Of a stretch of 26,359 bases of DNA, positions 25,687 through 26,359 are shown piece after piece (within the stretch, counting starts at the first letter, position 1; each line of letters opens with the position of its first letter). This DNA is from Oligoflexia bacterium (GTDB lineage: Bacteria; Bdellovibrionota; UBA1018). A program made the translations under genes and the position numbers. The stretch is taken from positions 1 through 26,359 of the forward strand of contig JAYTHP010000195.1 of NCBI GenBank assembly GCA_043732485.1. Reading direction: 5' to 3'. A model generated the notes under the pieces. The model worked only from the letters and a program-made list of their open reading frames with translations, did not search any database and had not been told where the DNA came from.

Positions 25687-25784
25687 CTTCTTCATTGCTT
25701 AAACCGCGACGCAAAGAGCAGCCAGTGCTTTTGCTGGCGATCGTGAGGTTTAAGGAACTTTACGCTTTTTTTCAGTGAAACTGG

Positions 25785-25860
25785 GGGGCTGTAGCTCAAT
25801 TGGTAGAGCACCTGCTTTGCAAGCAGGGGGTCGTCGGTTCGACTCCGATCAGCTCCACCA
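25785..25860 (+). tRNA. tRNA-Ala(UGC)
   Basis: 76 nt. Acceptor stem GGGGCTG/CAGCTCC with G3:U70, anticodon arm CCTGC-TT-TGC-AA-GCAGG, T-loop GTTCGAC, and encoded CCA. Confidence 0.98.
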
Positions 25861-26359
25861 CTGAAAAAAATCATCGCATCAGGCTTTTTAGCCTCGGGGC
25901 TGTACTGCCCACCTCACTTTCCCCTTTTCGTCTCTCTTCTTAGTTTCTTATCTGTGCTCGTTTGCGCTTTTCCCCCCTGGAGGGTTTCTCGTAAGCACTC
26001 CGGACCGGGTTCTTGCGGCTTCAAGCCCGTATTGAGTCATAAATAAATGGCAGTGAGACGCGGCGCGTCAAAAAGGATTTGAAGAGAAAAAAGGGTTGGA
26101 TAAGAAATTTCATGCTGCCTCCTTCTGATCAGTAGAGTGATCTGGGGGTTGAGGTCGCTTTTCCACTTGGAGCCGTCTGGCTGCCTTGTAGAACTCCCCC
26201 AGTTTGAGCTCTAGGCCTCTAGCCAGCTCGAAGGGATTGAGCTGAGACTTAAGAGCCTTTAGGGCCTGCTTTTGCTGGTCCGTGTGGTTGAGTAAGCGCT
26301 CGTAGGGAGTTTGTGCTCGGTCATGCTTCTTGATGATTTTAGCTCCAACGGGTATTTTT

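Noticed and set aside
25692..25874. 60-aa minus-strand ORF
   Set aside because: Antisense translation of the tRNA-Ala gene.

Overview
Bacterial, Gram-negative chromosomal window. The gene content suggests a Bdellovibrionota/Deltaproteobacteria-like organism (inference only). In order along the window: a possible LRR pseudogene fragment; a lipoprotein with two Cys-containing repeat domains; an RHH regulator; a short dprA; a ~2.1 kb IS with a Mutator-like (DDE + DxxH) transposase lying head-to-tail with a diverged 3' remnant of the same IS; a TsaP-like protein lacking LysM; a CpoB/YbgF-like TPR lipoprotein; a DUF4911-like protein; a minimal Tad locus (secretin, CpaF ATPase, tocopherol-cyclase-like gene, one TadB/C-like gene); ~2 kb without a recognisable gene but with a structured RNA-like segment; a lipoprotein; a 1212-aa PAS hybrid histidine kinase; two small genes; a ygfA-rny-ymdB operon with an anchor-less RNase Y; a protein with a Cys-rich tail; and a stand-alone tRNA-Ala(UGC). 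The strongest leads are three. (1) Matching sigma54 promoters (TGGC-N7-TTGCTACT) precede both the Tad secretin and dprA, hinting at a co-regulated Tad/DprA module. (2) The tandem IS appears to reuse its target site and carries an SD-stimulated A_AAA_AAG -1 frameshift signal. (3) Several proteins have lost accessory domains or gained low-complexity expansions. All family calls come from motif recognition by eye; no searches were run.
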